From Octopus bimaculoides (lineage: Eukaryota), in the NCBI RefSeq assembly GCF_001194135.2, contig NC_068985.1, positions 26,963,940 through 27,027,939 on the forward strand: a stretch of 64,000 bases of DNA. Reading direction: 5' to 3'. The notes beneath the pieces are model-generated. The model worked only from the letters and a program-made list of their open reading frames with translations. It was not told the DNA's origin and did no database searches. Position 1 is the stretch's first letter; every line of letters starts with the position of its first letter. Of the stretch, positions 37,495 to 49,560 are shown in pieces. Position numbers and translations under genes: made by a program.

Positions 37495-37908
37495 NNNNNN
37501 NNNNNNNNNNNNNNNNNNNNNNNNNNNNNNNNNNNNNNNNNNNNNNNNNNNNNNNNNNNNNNNNNNNNNNNNNNNNNNNNNNNNNNNNNNNNNNNNNNNN
37601 NNNNNNNNNNNNNNNNNNNNNNNNNNNNNNNNNNNNNNNNNNNNNNNNNNNNNNNNNNNNNNNNNNNNNNNNNNNNNNNNNNNNNNNNNNNNNNNNNNNN
37701 NNNNNNNNNNNNNNNNNNNNNNNNNCCTCACAAGGGAACGATGGTCGAGGGGACACAGATAAAATGCAAACAGTTGAGTTAAATAAATCACAGATGCCTT
37801 CCATTATAATCCCGCCCCAAATAAAATAAAAAATTATGACAATGATAGCCGTCACACACATATGTGTGTTAGTGTGTACATACATATATACATATGGGTT
37901 GATGTGCC

Positions 37909-37951
<43 letters not shown>

Positions 37952-38157
37952 ATATATGCATATGGATTGATGTGCCTTTGTATGTGTGTGTGTGTACTAG
38001 CATGTGTATGTTTATTCGCATGTTTGTATCTGTCTAACGTCTAGCATTAGTACTCGGCCTAGTTTGTTTTCGAATTTTCCTATAAATTGTTGCCTTAGTA
38101 AAATGTGACTACTGACACATGTGTACCGGTATTGTATGTGTGTATGTGTGTGCGTGC

Positions 38158-38216
<59 letters not shown>

Positions 38217-38474
38217 CATACACATTTGCGAATATCTGCTTATACATGGAACATGTGGTAATGAACATTCCCAACTCTTGTTTACAGGACTCCCACGTGA
38301 GTCTTTCGTTTAAAATATCTATGGTCTCAGATTCCAAATGGCAGTGGCTATCTATCCCATTTGCTATTTGTTCCCAAAGACTGAAGGGTCCATTTCCCAG
38401 AACCCGAGCGAAAGAGTGTATGATAGATGAATGAATAGATACGCCGACGGACAGCGAGATCGTTAGACAGACAA

Positions 38475-38577
<103 letters not shown>

Positions 38578-39833
38578 TTCTTGAGGTAAAGAGAGCGAAA
38601 TATACAATATACGATATTTGTAAAATCAACCAGAAAAATACGATGACTTTAATTTTTTTTTTTTATCGATGCTTTGATTTTTTTCATTTTCTCTCTCTCA
38701 AGATAACTTAAAAGTATAAAACTAACCTTTATGATGATGATTGCTAGATGGGGCGGTAAAACTCCATGTCACCGGATAAAAAGCATTTTAGAAACTGGCA
38801 ATAGTTGTTTTAAGGGCTGGAGCAACGCTTGAGATGATGCTTCGCATAGTAGTTTCTTCATACTAGCTGGGCTTTTCACGATAGCATCACTGCTTTCCAG
38901 ACGCACACACATACAGTTAGCTGTTTTCACACTATCACTGAACCCCCCCCCCCCCTTACCATCGCGGTAAAGAAGCATATAAAAGAAGACAAAAAAAAAA
39001 CAGAAGGAACGCACACGCACGCCGTACGCGCACGCGCAGATATCCCCTCCAACCACACGTACTGACACAAAATACTGATAAATACGCTCACAAACACATA
39101 TTCATTTATCTCTCTGCATACATACATATATGCCACACATGCGATAGTGACGGCTCTCTTCATCTGAGAGAGGAATGAGTAGAACGCATCGCATTTGTCA
39201 GCAGCGCAAAGAGTTTGAAGATACATTTATGTGCGGTATGTGTGCGAGTGAGTAATAACTGTTATGTGTGCGTGTGTGTGTGTGTGTGTTTGCGTTCGTT
39301 TATGTGTCCGTATATGCGTTTGCATGTGTCTTCATGTATATGCGTTTATTTGAGCGTTAGCGTTTATCTTCGATTTCGAATGTGAACGTGTTATGCTTGT
39401 ACACAAATACCCACACGCGTTCATGTGTGTGCACGCGCGCGTGTATGTAACAGTGTGTGTAAAAGTACGTGCGTGTATGTGTATACATTGTTTATGCAAT
39501 ACATATATGTATGTATATGCGTTTATGTGAGTGTTTAAGTTTTAGTTTATGTTATATATGAATGAATGCATAAGCATTTATACGCATGTATGAATGCGTG
39601 TGTGTGTGTACGCGCGAGGTGTTTGTGCTTGTGTACGTGTATGATGCATGAATCGTCTAGTTATGCGACCTATTTTCGCAGAACAGCTGATTACGGGACA
39701 AAAGGATTTTCCTCCACCGCATTTAAGATTTATTTATCTAAAGCCCTAACAATTCCAACCACGATCTAATCACAACCACTAATTCACTACACACACACAC
39801 ACACACACACACACTCTCTCTCTCTCTCTCTCT

Positions 39834-39875
<42 letters not shown>

Positions 39876-40042
39876 GCCATGTAGAAGTAGCGTCTCGTTT
39901 TGCGTTACGTTCTTTATGAATGATTCCCTGTTCACAGAACAAGCAAGCTAGCAAGGTGGAGGTCTTCACCTCTGATTAGTAATGGGTTCTTCATATTATG
40001 GTAGATAAAATTACACAATATATACGAAAAAATAGTAAATGG

Positions 40043-40460
40043 TTTCAAATTTTACCACAAGGGCAGCCGATTTGGGGGAGGGGATGAGTCGATTATATCG
40101 ACCTCAGTGTTCAACTGGTACTCATTTTATCGACCCCGACAGGATGAAAGGCAAAGTTAATCTTGGCAGAATTTGAACTCAGATCGGAGCGACGGACGAA
40201 ATATCGCTAAGCGTTCGTCCAATGTGCTAACGATTCTGCCAGCTCACCGCCTTCATATACGAAAAATAGTAATAATAATTCTTTCTACTGAGGGCACAAG
40301 GTCTAGAATTTTGTGCTCAACTGGTACTTGTTTTATCAACCTTCGAAAGGATGAAACACAAAGTCGACTTCAGCGGAATTTGAACTTAGAACGTAAGGGG
40401 TTAGATGACGTGACGCTAAACATTGTGTCCGACACGCTCATTATTCTGTCAGCTCATCAA
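40043..40460 (-). mobile_element. Two tandem SINE family A copies
   Basis: aactggtact...tttatc...ggatgaaa...gaatttgaac occurs at 40100-40255 and 40315-40460. Confidence 0.85.
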
Positions 40461-40857
40461 GCAATGAATAGAAAATACCCAGTATGTAGGGTCGGTTTAA
40501 GGTCAAATGCAGCCCTAAGCACACCGCCCAATTCTTGGCCCTTCTTGACCCTTCCATAATAAGTGTTAAATGTAAAAGTATACGGTGGGGATACATTTTT
40601 CTTCTAGGTCATCTCCAGATCAGACCAGACTAGACCAGACTTGCCACTACATGTAACCAGGGGAGCCTTTAGATTCGGTCGAACCTTCCCACCCTCAAAT
40701 ATAATTATCATCTAGCATTTATTTTTAATTTAGTATTTTTCACTAATTTGACGAATAACAGTTGATCTATTTTAATAATTGGGAAGTCCTTCGGTTGAAA
40801 TCTTGGCTGCCCCCTTGAAACCCAATAACTGTATGAAATATAATCTAACCTGTATGT

Positions 40858-40922
<65 letters not shown>

Positions 40923-40945
40923 AGATCCCAGGAACGGGTGGGTGC

Positions 40946-41022
40946 ATATGCACCAATGATATGCACCAATGATATGCACCAATGATATGCACCAGATGGA
41001 CCAATGATATGCACCAATGATA
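40946..41022. repeat. 13-bp minisatellite (ATATGCACCAATG) x about 5-6
   Basis: Visible tandem units, one of them variant. Confidence 0.9.
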
Positions 41023-41335
41023 ACTGGTAGGATTAGCCTTGACATTAACTGTAGAACTAGAAATGTAGTCTACAACATAAGATGCATAGAAGGTGCTTGT
41101 AAATACATGAACATGACATGTATAGGGGAAACATCTAGGAGCATTGCAGAAAAACTAAATGAAAATTTGAAACAATATGACGACAAAAAACAGTCCTCCA
41201 TACTCTACCAACATGCTAAAGACCAACATGGAGGCAACCCGGGTCGATCTGACATCCGCATTATAACCAAACACCCGAAGGACCCAACATTCAAATACAG
41301 GAGTACGTCCTCATAAATGAAACATCCTCAGTTTA
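41017..41335 (+). mobile_element. Penelope-like element GIY-YIG endonuclease fragment
   Basis: CRTRNVVYNIRC..C....TCIGETSRSIAEKLNE...SILYQHAKDQH matches the PLE pattern CxTxNVVYxIxC..C...YIGET.R.L..R..EH...H. Frameshift near 41300. Confidence 0.85.
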
Positions 41336-41847
41336 TATTTATATACAGGTAGAAAAGTTAGTGGGCTGTTATGTAGATGTATGTATGTGTGTGTGTATGT
41401 ATGTATATGTGTATGCACATGTATATAGTCAAATGGATATGAATGTAAACAGATAAACATACTGACGGATAGGTACATAGGTAATATGAACAGGCAAGCA
41501 CACATACACGCACATACGCAAATGAAGACTGAAACACATAATCATAGAGATATTAGTATTTCTAAGTCTCTCTAAAGGAGACTACGGCAACGGTACTGGA
41601 TAGTAATAGTTATCGCCAAGCCAACATGGCAGTCCCAAAAATAGGACGAATGCTGCCGTTGATTAGCTCCAAGAGGCCATCGCCTCTAGCTAGCTATGTG
41701 ACACACGAACCTGTGTCCATTATAACCTTCGAACAGGGGAAAAATTAATATCTTTATTTCTGAAAACCAGTGGATGTATTCCACTGAAATTAGGTAAATA
41801 ATCCTTCGTACAGACGGTCAGTAGCGACGCCTGCTGGGTTCGGCTGC

Positions 41848-41889
41848 TCTACATTGATAAGGAGCAATACCCCGAAACTAGGCTGTAGA
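41848..41889 (+). ncRNA. Minimal type I hammerhead motif with U3-A8 covariation (probably inactive copy)
   Basis: tctaca TTGATAA ggag caata cccc GAAA c ta g GC tgtaga. Stem I is a perfect 6 bp and stem II has 3 of 4 bp. U16.1 is G here. Confidence 0.65.
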
Positions 41890-42727
41890 TGCCAGACCAG
41901 CAAGGGGAAGCGGCTGACCTCCTCTGTTCNNNNNNNNNNNNNNNNNNNNNNNNNNNNNNNNNNNNNNNNNNNNNNNNNNNNNNNNNNNNNNNNNNNNNNN
42001 NNNNNNNNNNNNNNNNNNNNNNNNNNNNNNNNNNNNNNNNNNNNNNNNNNNNNNNNNNNNNNNNNNNNNNNNNNNNNNNNNNNNNNNNNNNNNNNNNNNN
42101 NNNNNNNNNNNNNNNNNNNNNNNNNNNNNNNNNNNNNNNNNNNNNNNNNNNNNNNNNNNNNNNNNNNNNNNNNNNNNNNNNNNNNNNNNNNNNNNNNNNN
42201 NNNNNNNNNNNNNNNNNNNNNNNNNNNNNNNNNNNNNNNNNNNNNNNNNNNNNNNNNNNNNNNNNNNNNNNNNNNNNNNNNNNNNNNNNNNNNNNNNNNN
42301 NNNNNNNNNNNNNNNNNNNNNNNNNNNNNNNNNNNNNNNNNNNNNNNNNNNNNNNNNNNNNNNNNNNNNNNNNNNNNNNNNNNNNNNNNNNNNNNNNNNN
42401 NNNNNNNNNNNNNNNNNNNNNNNNNNNNNNNNNNNNNNNNNNNNNNNNNNNNNNNNNNNNNNNNNNNNNNNNNNNNNNNNNNNNNNNNNNNNNNNNNNNN
42501 NNNNNNNNNNNNNNNNNNNNNNNNNNNNNNNNNNNNNNNNNNNNNNNNNNNNNNNNNNNNNNNNNNNNNNNNNNNNNNNNNNNNNNNNNNNNNNNNNNNN
42601 NNNNNNNNNNNNNNNNNNNNNNNNNNNNNNNNTATATATATATATATATATATACGTATATGTATATATATGTATATATATGTATATATATATATATGTG
42701 TGTGTGTGTGTACATGTATATATATAC

Positions 42728-43040
42728 ACTGTAGGATTAATTGCAGAACTTGAGGCAGTTCAGCGATACTACACGAGGAAGGTTGCATCAGTGGAACAGC
42801 TGAGCTACTGGGAGAGACTGAAACAGTTACGACTCTACTCCCTGGACCGAAGACGGAAGAGGTACATGATATGGAAGATACTGGAATTGAGAGTTAAACC
42901 AGACTTCGAAATGGACGTCACTGCACTGTTCCAAAAGTCCCAGCTGTCTCATCTGGGGTGAGGACCATTTACTGCAATAGATTGGGATTCAAGGCCCCAC
43001 AGCTATTTTAACTCCTTGCTAAAACATCTGAGGAGTGTCA
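42728..43040 (+). mobile_element. CR1/L2-group LINE ORF2 C-terminal fragment (copy 1)
   Basis: LEAVQRYYTRKVASVEQLSYWERLKQLRLYSLDRRRKRY..WKIL ... NRLGFKAPQLFNSL. Confidence 0.8.
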
Positions 43041-43044
43041 TCAT

Positions 43045-43550
43045 TCCTCTTTTTCCCTCTTTTGTATGGCTACACCTCGAATATTGCTGCCCCTGTAGTC
43101 TTCCCATACAAAATAAAACCTTTCAAAAACTGAATCACCCCAGAGGACATTCACTAAAAGAATTAAGGGCATGACTGATCTTGCCTGAAAGCATTGAAAC
43201 TCTGTTCTCTCCAGCTCCGCTTTGACCGATACATCATAGCATGATGTAGAGAATATACCGCCAGAATTGCCCAATCGGTCTCAACATTAGTTTCAGAATT
43301 CATCCAAGGCTAAAACCGCGGGCCACACGTCCCCTACCCAATTCAGGATCACAACACATAAATACACTGCAGCACAATTTCTTTTCCTCAACAGGCCCTG
43401 CCTTATTTAAAATTGTCCCAAAACAGGTCAAAGAGTATCCCATCACCATTAAACGGAATCTGGACAGATTTCTTCAAGGAATACCACACGAGCCACCTAT
43501 ACATGGATACAACTCACTCAACAAGAACTCCCTACTTGAATAAGTCATGA
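43045..43550 (+). mobile_element. CR1/L2-group LINE ORF2 C-terminal fragment (copy 2)
   Basis: HLEYCCP ... QRTFTKRIKGMTDL ... ALKLCSLQLRFDRYII ... HPRL ... HNFFSSTGPALF ... KRNLDRFLQGIPHEPPIHGY, with frameshifts. Confidence 0.8.
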
Positions 43551-43970
43551 GACTACAAAACTTGACTTAAAGATGATTTAGCAAATCCTATCAGATGGTG
43601 TTATTAAGTTAGACATGGCTTGGGCTAATCTTTGGTCCAAACATGTCTANNNNNNNNNNNNNNNNNNNNNNNNNNNNNNNNNNNNNNNNNNNNNNNNNNN
43701 NNNNNNNNNNNNNNNNNNNNNNNNNNNNNNNNNNNNNNNNNNNNNNNNNNNNNNNNNNNNNNNNNNNNNNNNNNNNNNNNNNNNNNNNNNNNNNNNNNNN
43801 NNNNNNNNNNNNNNNNNNNNNNNNNNNNNNNNNNNNNNNNNNNNNNNNNNNNNNNNNNNNNNNNNNNNNNNNNTATATATATATATATATATATATTAGT
43901 ATCTATCTATCTATCTATCTATATATATATATATATACACATTCATATACAAGTATGTATGTATATATGC

Positions 43971-44001
<31 letters not shown>

Positions 44002-44060
44002 TATATTTATGTATGTTTATATTTGTGTATGTGTATATATATGTATGTATACATATACGA

Positions 44061-44112
<52 letters not shown>

Positions 44113-44351
44113 ACGTGTTCCAAAGTATAATATGGACGATATATTTAAGTAAAAATGTTCATTTGTGAATTAGTCGAACGGCTGATGATATACTCAGTTG
44201 GGTTCCATTAACTGTATACATAACCTGAATATCCTTCTGCTAGTACTTCTGTACCAATGTTCGTATTTGTTTATAATTGTTGTGCATGCATTTTAATTCT
44301 GACCTGACCCGATACCTTACCTCAAAGTGTCTTATTTCTTTTCTTTTCTTG

Positions 44352-44404
<53 letters not shown>

Positions 44405-44411
44405 TTATCTA

Positions 44412-45722
44412 TGCAGAAAATGCCATTATATATGACCTTCACTGATCTGACAAAGGCCTTTGACTTAGTAAGTAGAAAAGGCCCCTTCATCCTGCTTCAA
44501 AAAATCGGATTGCACCAAAGCTGCTGAGTATCATCAAATCTTTCCATGAAGATATGCAAGGCACCATACATCACAATGGTTCAATATCACCCGCCTTCCA
44601 AATAAAAAAAACGGGGTAAAGTAACGCTGTATCTTTGCTCCTACGTTATTTGGCATCTTCTTTTCGCTGCTGCTGTCACATGCCTTTGAAACATCAGATG
44701 ATGGAGTGTTTCTGCACAGTAGAAGTGACGGGAAACTGTTCAGTCTCTCGCGTCTGCGTGCCAAGACCAAAATCAGAAGCGTCCTGATCAAGGAGATGCT
44801 TTTGCTGATGATGCCGCTCTGGTATCACACACAGAAGAAGCCCTGCAAAGGTTCATCAACTGCTTTGAGCAAGCATATAGCGACTTTGGCTTAGTTATCA
44901 GCCTCAAGAAGACCAACATCATGGGTCAGGCTACATCGGACATCCCAAACATACATATTGGAGACCACAGACTACAGGAGATGGAGAAGGTTACCTATCT
45001 TGGCTCTACCGTCATCTACAACCTATCCCTTGATACCGAGCTCAATATACACATTGGCAAGGCAGCTGTTGTGATGGCCCAACTCTCTAAACGGGCATGG
45101 GAAAACAACCAAGACCACAAAAATGAAGATTTACCAGGCATGTGTACTTAGCACTCTACTGTATGGCAGTGAGACCTGGACGCCATACACACACCAAGAG
45201 TGTCACCTAAATATCTTTCGCCTGCGCTGCCTCCCGGAAAATCCTTGGCATCAAATGGCAGAATCGTGTCCCCAACAAAGATGTCCTCATGCAAGCAGGA
45301 ATACCAAACATGTTTGCACTCCTCACACAAAAACGTATGAGATGGCTTGGACATGTTAGTTGTATGGAAGATGGCAGAATCCCCAAGGACATACTCTACG
45401 GAGAGCTAGCTAGGGACACTAGGTCTGTGGGAAGACCGTTCTTACGATACAAGGATGTTTGCAAAAGGGACATGAAGGCCTGCGACATCAATATTAGCAA
45501 CTGGGAAGCAGTTACCAGCAACCGTGGAGAGTGGCGACACACCATAGAAGAGGGAATGCAAAGGAGTGACAGAGGGAGAGAAGAGAAATCGAAAGACAGG
45601 AAAAGATGTCAAGAAAGTCTTCGCTACATTTGCGGCACCTGCCAGGGTAGGACTACACAGCCACAGCAGGAGATGTAAAGGACATGAAATGTAAAAACCG
45701 AGACAAAAAGGCTGCCAACAAC
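44412..45722 (+). mobile_element. 5'-truncated RTE-clade LINE (RT to 3' end), frameshifted
   Basis: PLYMTFTDLTKAFDLVSR; DGKLFSLSRLRAKTK; (F)ADDA; LLYGSETWT; RWLGHVSCMEDGRIPKDILYGEL..GRPFLRYKDVCKRDMK; terminal zinc-finger remnant (RVGLHSHSRRC); tail gctgccaacaac. Confidence 0.93.
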
Positions 45723-45751
45723 AAAATATGTATATATACGTATATACTTAT

Positions 45752-45948
45752 CTACTCTAGGCACAAGACCCGAAATTTCGGGGGAGGGGGCCAGTCGATT
45801 AGTTCGACTCCAGTACGCAACTGGTACTTAATTTATCGACTCTGAAAGGATGAAAGGCAAAGTCGACCTCGGCGGAATTTGAACTCAGAACGTAGCGGCA
45901 GACGAAATACCGGTAAGCATTTCGCCCAGCTTGCTAACGTTTCTGCTA
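45752..45948 (-). mobile_element. SINE family A (young-looking)
   Basis: ggatgaaaggcaaagtcgacctcggcggaatttgaactcagaacgt. Confidence 0.9.
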
Positions 45949-45965
45949 ACGTATGTATGTATATG

Positions 45966-46000
<35 letters not shown>

Positions 46001-46618
46001 TTTTTTGTGTGTTGCGCAGAGATCGATGAAATAAAGTAGCAGTGCGCCGGTATGGGGGAAATCTAATGACTGAAGAAGTAAATGAGAAACGGTTAAGAAA
46101 ACTAGGACTTATATAAAGAGATTCTTTTGGCCCTTGTTGCATTATCACTCATGTTTCTATTCACTGATATTATAACATATTTTAATTCCGACAAAGATTC
46201 TTCCGAAAAGATGTGATGGTTTTCACTTTGATCATAGACTGACCAATGGCTAAACAACGATAACAACATCCACAATAAAGGCATTGCGTTTTCAGCTCAC
46301 TCTTATCTCTATATTTCTAGTGTCCTGGCAATCTTTTGAATAATGGTGTCTTTTGAATAGCTATAAGGGCGTCTTTCTGACGGAGGGGAAGGGCGTAAAT
46401 ATTTTAAAATAACATCTATCTGCCACTGAAACAAGCTTGCTAGCTTCTTTTACACTGGGATTCTACCTCTTATATTACATGAATTCTGTATTATTGATTT
46501 CTAACTTTGGCGCAATGTGAGACAGTTTTAAATGTGTTGATGCAGTCTATTATATCCACCCGAGTACATTACTGGTACTTGTTTCATTTGCATCGCAGGA
46601 AATGAAAATAAAAGTTAG

Positions 46619-46830
46619 ATTCAATTTCAGAGCGTTAACGCTCTGAATCCATAAGTATGCTCTAGCAGGCGTGATTTCGTTTGACTATAACCCTGCAAGA
46701 CACAAAAGTGGGGGAAGGGGGAACACGGATTCAAGGTCAGAGCGTTAACCTTTTGAACCCACAAATATGCTTTAGTAGGCATGACTTCGTTTAATTGTAA
46801 CCCTGGAAGACATGAAAGCGTATGAGGATG
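46619..46830. repeat. Diverged 110-bp tandem dimer
   Basis: cagagcgttaac...tatgct.tag.aggc.tga.ttcgttt...taaccctg.aagaca starts at 46628 and 46738. Confidence 0.75.
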
Positions 46831-49344
46831 CACACTAACTGGCTGAAACATCGTTATTTTCAGCTGTAAACACAAAACTCTGTTGTCGACCACTTTTGCG
46901 TCTTAGGATATAGTCAAACTAAATTGGCCCTGCTAAAGAGTACTCACGGTTCAATGGGTTAGGTATTTAACGAAATATAGTGAAGCATCATATCCGATTT
47001 TCCTCTTCAACCGTATAACAGTCCTCAGAAATTTTTATTACTGAAAGTGTATTGTTGCTTAAATGTAAATTATGCTTTAAGTTCTACTTTTATATCAAAA
47101 GTACTACAAATTAATAAAAATTCTACAAAGCGTGTTAAGTACTCTTTATTTGTACACCTACCTCTATTCATACATATGTATGTATTATCTGATATTGTTG
47201 ATCAACTTATAGACAACAACAAAGCATTTACTGACGGTGGGATTATATACATCTTGTAGAGAAAAAATTGTGAATAATATTGATTAAAATGTAACTTCGA
47301 GTATCGCCCTTAACAATTTCTTCAACAGTAGAATGAACCTTGAAATGTGAAACTTGAACTCCTTGTCAAATCAACATACACACACAGAGAAAATCATGCT
47401 AAAATATCCCGTCTAACGGGTTCTTTTTCGGTAAAATCTTCGCTTCAACTCCTCCCTTTTTTATTTTGATATAGCAGAACAGAAATTTATATCATAATAA
47501 ATTACTATGTGCACGGAGAACAGCGAGAATCAAAACGATGACATACATATTCATTCTAAATACGTCCCAGCATATTTCAACATAAATACACTTATCACTG
47601 TTGTAGTTCTTGAGAGAACATCTCCTCCTTTCAGACAACGGTGTATTCTCAACACAGACTCAGTTCATTGATGTAAAGAAATTTTGAGAAATATATACTC
47701 GAATCTTTCTCAACAAAAAAAACACATTTCCTCTTTGTCTTTATATGCCCATATGCAAATACAGTGTAGAACAGAGGCGAGAGGTAATATGTACATTAAG
47801 TTTATGGAAATTTTCGATGAGGTAGAATTGTCGCAGGACGGGTGCCTATAAAACAAAACGGTTCTGCCAGGCGATAGAGAATGGGAGAGGAAAGTCTTAA
47901 CGCTGCAAGTAACTCCAGGTTGGAGAGATGAGACTTCAACGTGAATTTGTGTATTGGTCAGAGCATTCGATTGGCCGCCTGTTTAATAGTATATTGATTC
48001 TATGAAAGTGCACCATCAGAGAAGAGCTATACCAATAGATTATCCGCAACTTAAACGCTGAAGGCGAGGTTTCGAATAAATTAGTTACAATTTCAGCTCT
48101 TTTGGAACTGAACCCATCTCACTTTTTATGTGTTTAGCTCCAGTTTCTTAAATCTATCTCCCAGTTTACCCCCACTTTGAGTTATCTGGTTATTTTTTAA
48201 CATTTTTTACCTGTTATTCAAAGGATCTTGATCAGGAGTCTCCAAGCTGGGGTTAACCATACCGTCGGAGGTAAATTTTCTAATACTGGATTTCTACATA
48301 TTTTTCACATTATTAAAAAAAAAAAAAAAAAACAATTTGAAATCAAGAAAAAACAATTTAGATTATCGTATTTTGTAAAACAAAGACAAAATATAATAAT
48401 AATGATGATGTTTTGTTTTTTTTATTAACCACAAATAATAATAATAAAGCTAATTTTGTTTCTTTTTCATACTGGATTTAACTGTGATGTATAACTCTTA
48501 TTTTCTGTGTTTTCCAATGGAGTAGTTTAATTTAGAAGACTATTTGGATCTGGTATCTATTTATTATTAGTTCATAAATAAGTGCAACAATATTGTTATG
48601 TGCTATTTTTATTGCTATTTGAACTTAGAATAATGTTTAAAAACAGTGTTTCAAATTTCCTCTTTCAACTACTTGATATTATTTTTTAATTACTCTTCTA
48701 AGAGAATAATCTCATTCAGAAGACTGCGTTTGATTCTAAGTGAAATAGCAATGTTATTATTATTTGAACTTCATAATGTGTGAAAACAGTATAAAAAATG
48801 TCCTCTTTGTTGGTTGATTTGTTATGATAGAAGTTAAAACTTGAATTACAGAACACAACAGAGGAGGGTATATTTATTTTCAAAAAGTTAGCAGGATGTA
48901 AATGGAACAAAAACAGATTAGGAAAACCCTGCACTGGATGTACTAAAATTCATGTGAATTCCAACGAGGGTCTCGTAAACCGAAATAAAGTTTTGTAGAT
49001 GGTTTGTTTGTTTATAATAAATAATCCATTTCCAAAATAATGGGGCTATGGTTTTGTAATATTTCAGTTGTAAGATTTTCTACATAATCTTGATTACACA
49101 CACACACACATATGTATATAATCGTCAATGCACGATAAACAACAAGAATGAAAGCAAAGATTTGCATATTAATTCTTTATACGTTCCTGTAGATTCGAAC
49201 ATAAGCCCCCTCCTACGCGAATGAGTCGACTGTATTACGAACGCATTCGTCTGAAAGAAGCTGTCGCCAAGGACAAAACACGAGAACGATTAGCATATTC
49301 AAGCTCGAATCTGCTAGAACGTATTAAGAATGAATGTATAAGTT

Positions 49345-49560
49345 ACAGTAGGTTTCAAATTTTGGCACAAAGCCAGCAATTTTGGAAGAAGGGATCAGCC
49401 GATTATGTCGACCCCAGTGTTCAACTGGAACTTATTTTATCGGCCCCGAAAGGATGAAAGGCAAAGTCGACCTCAACGGAATTTGAGTTCAGAACGTAAA
49501 GACGAACTAAATGCTGCTAAGTATTTTGCCCGACATGCTAACGATTCTTCCATCCCGCCT
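49345..49560 (-). mobile_element. SINE family A
   Basis: ttttatcggccccgaaaggatgaaaggcaaagtcgacc. Degenerate copies also lie at 46545-46640(-), 51440-51600(+) and 52965-53150(+). Confidence 0.88.

Noticed and set aside
43041-43274. 77-aa minus-strand ORF
   Set aside because: It is the antisense frame of the plus-strand CR1/L2-like fragment.
46066-46100. CTGAAGA...GAAACGGT string
   Set aside because: Neither stem I nor stem II can pair.
47712-47845. Minus-strand terminal exon candidate with a hydrophobic stretch (HPSCDNSTSSKISINLMYILPLASVLHCICIW)
   Set aside because: Hydrophobic short ORFs are common in AT-rich DNA. There is no linked upstream exon or recognisable homology.
47847-48036. TATA plus CCAAT promoter
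   Set aside because: The TATAAAA lies upstream of the CCAAT boxes on its own strand, which is a non-canonical order. Such short motifs are expected by chance.
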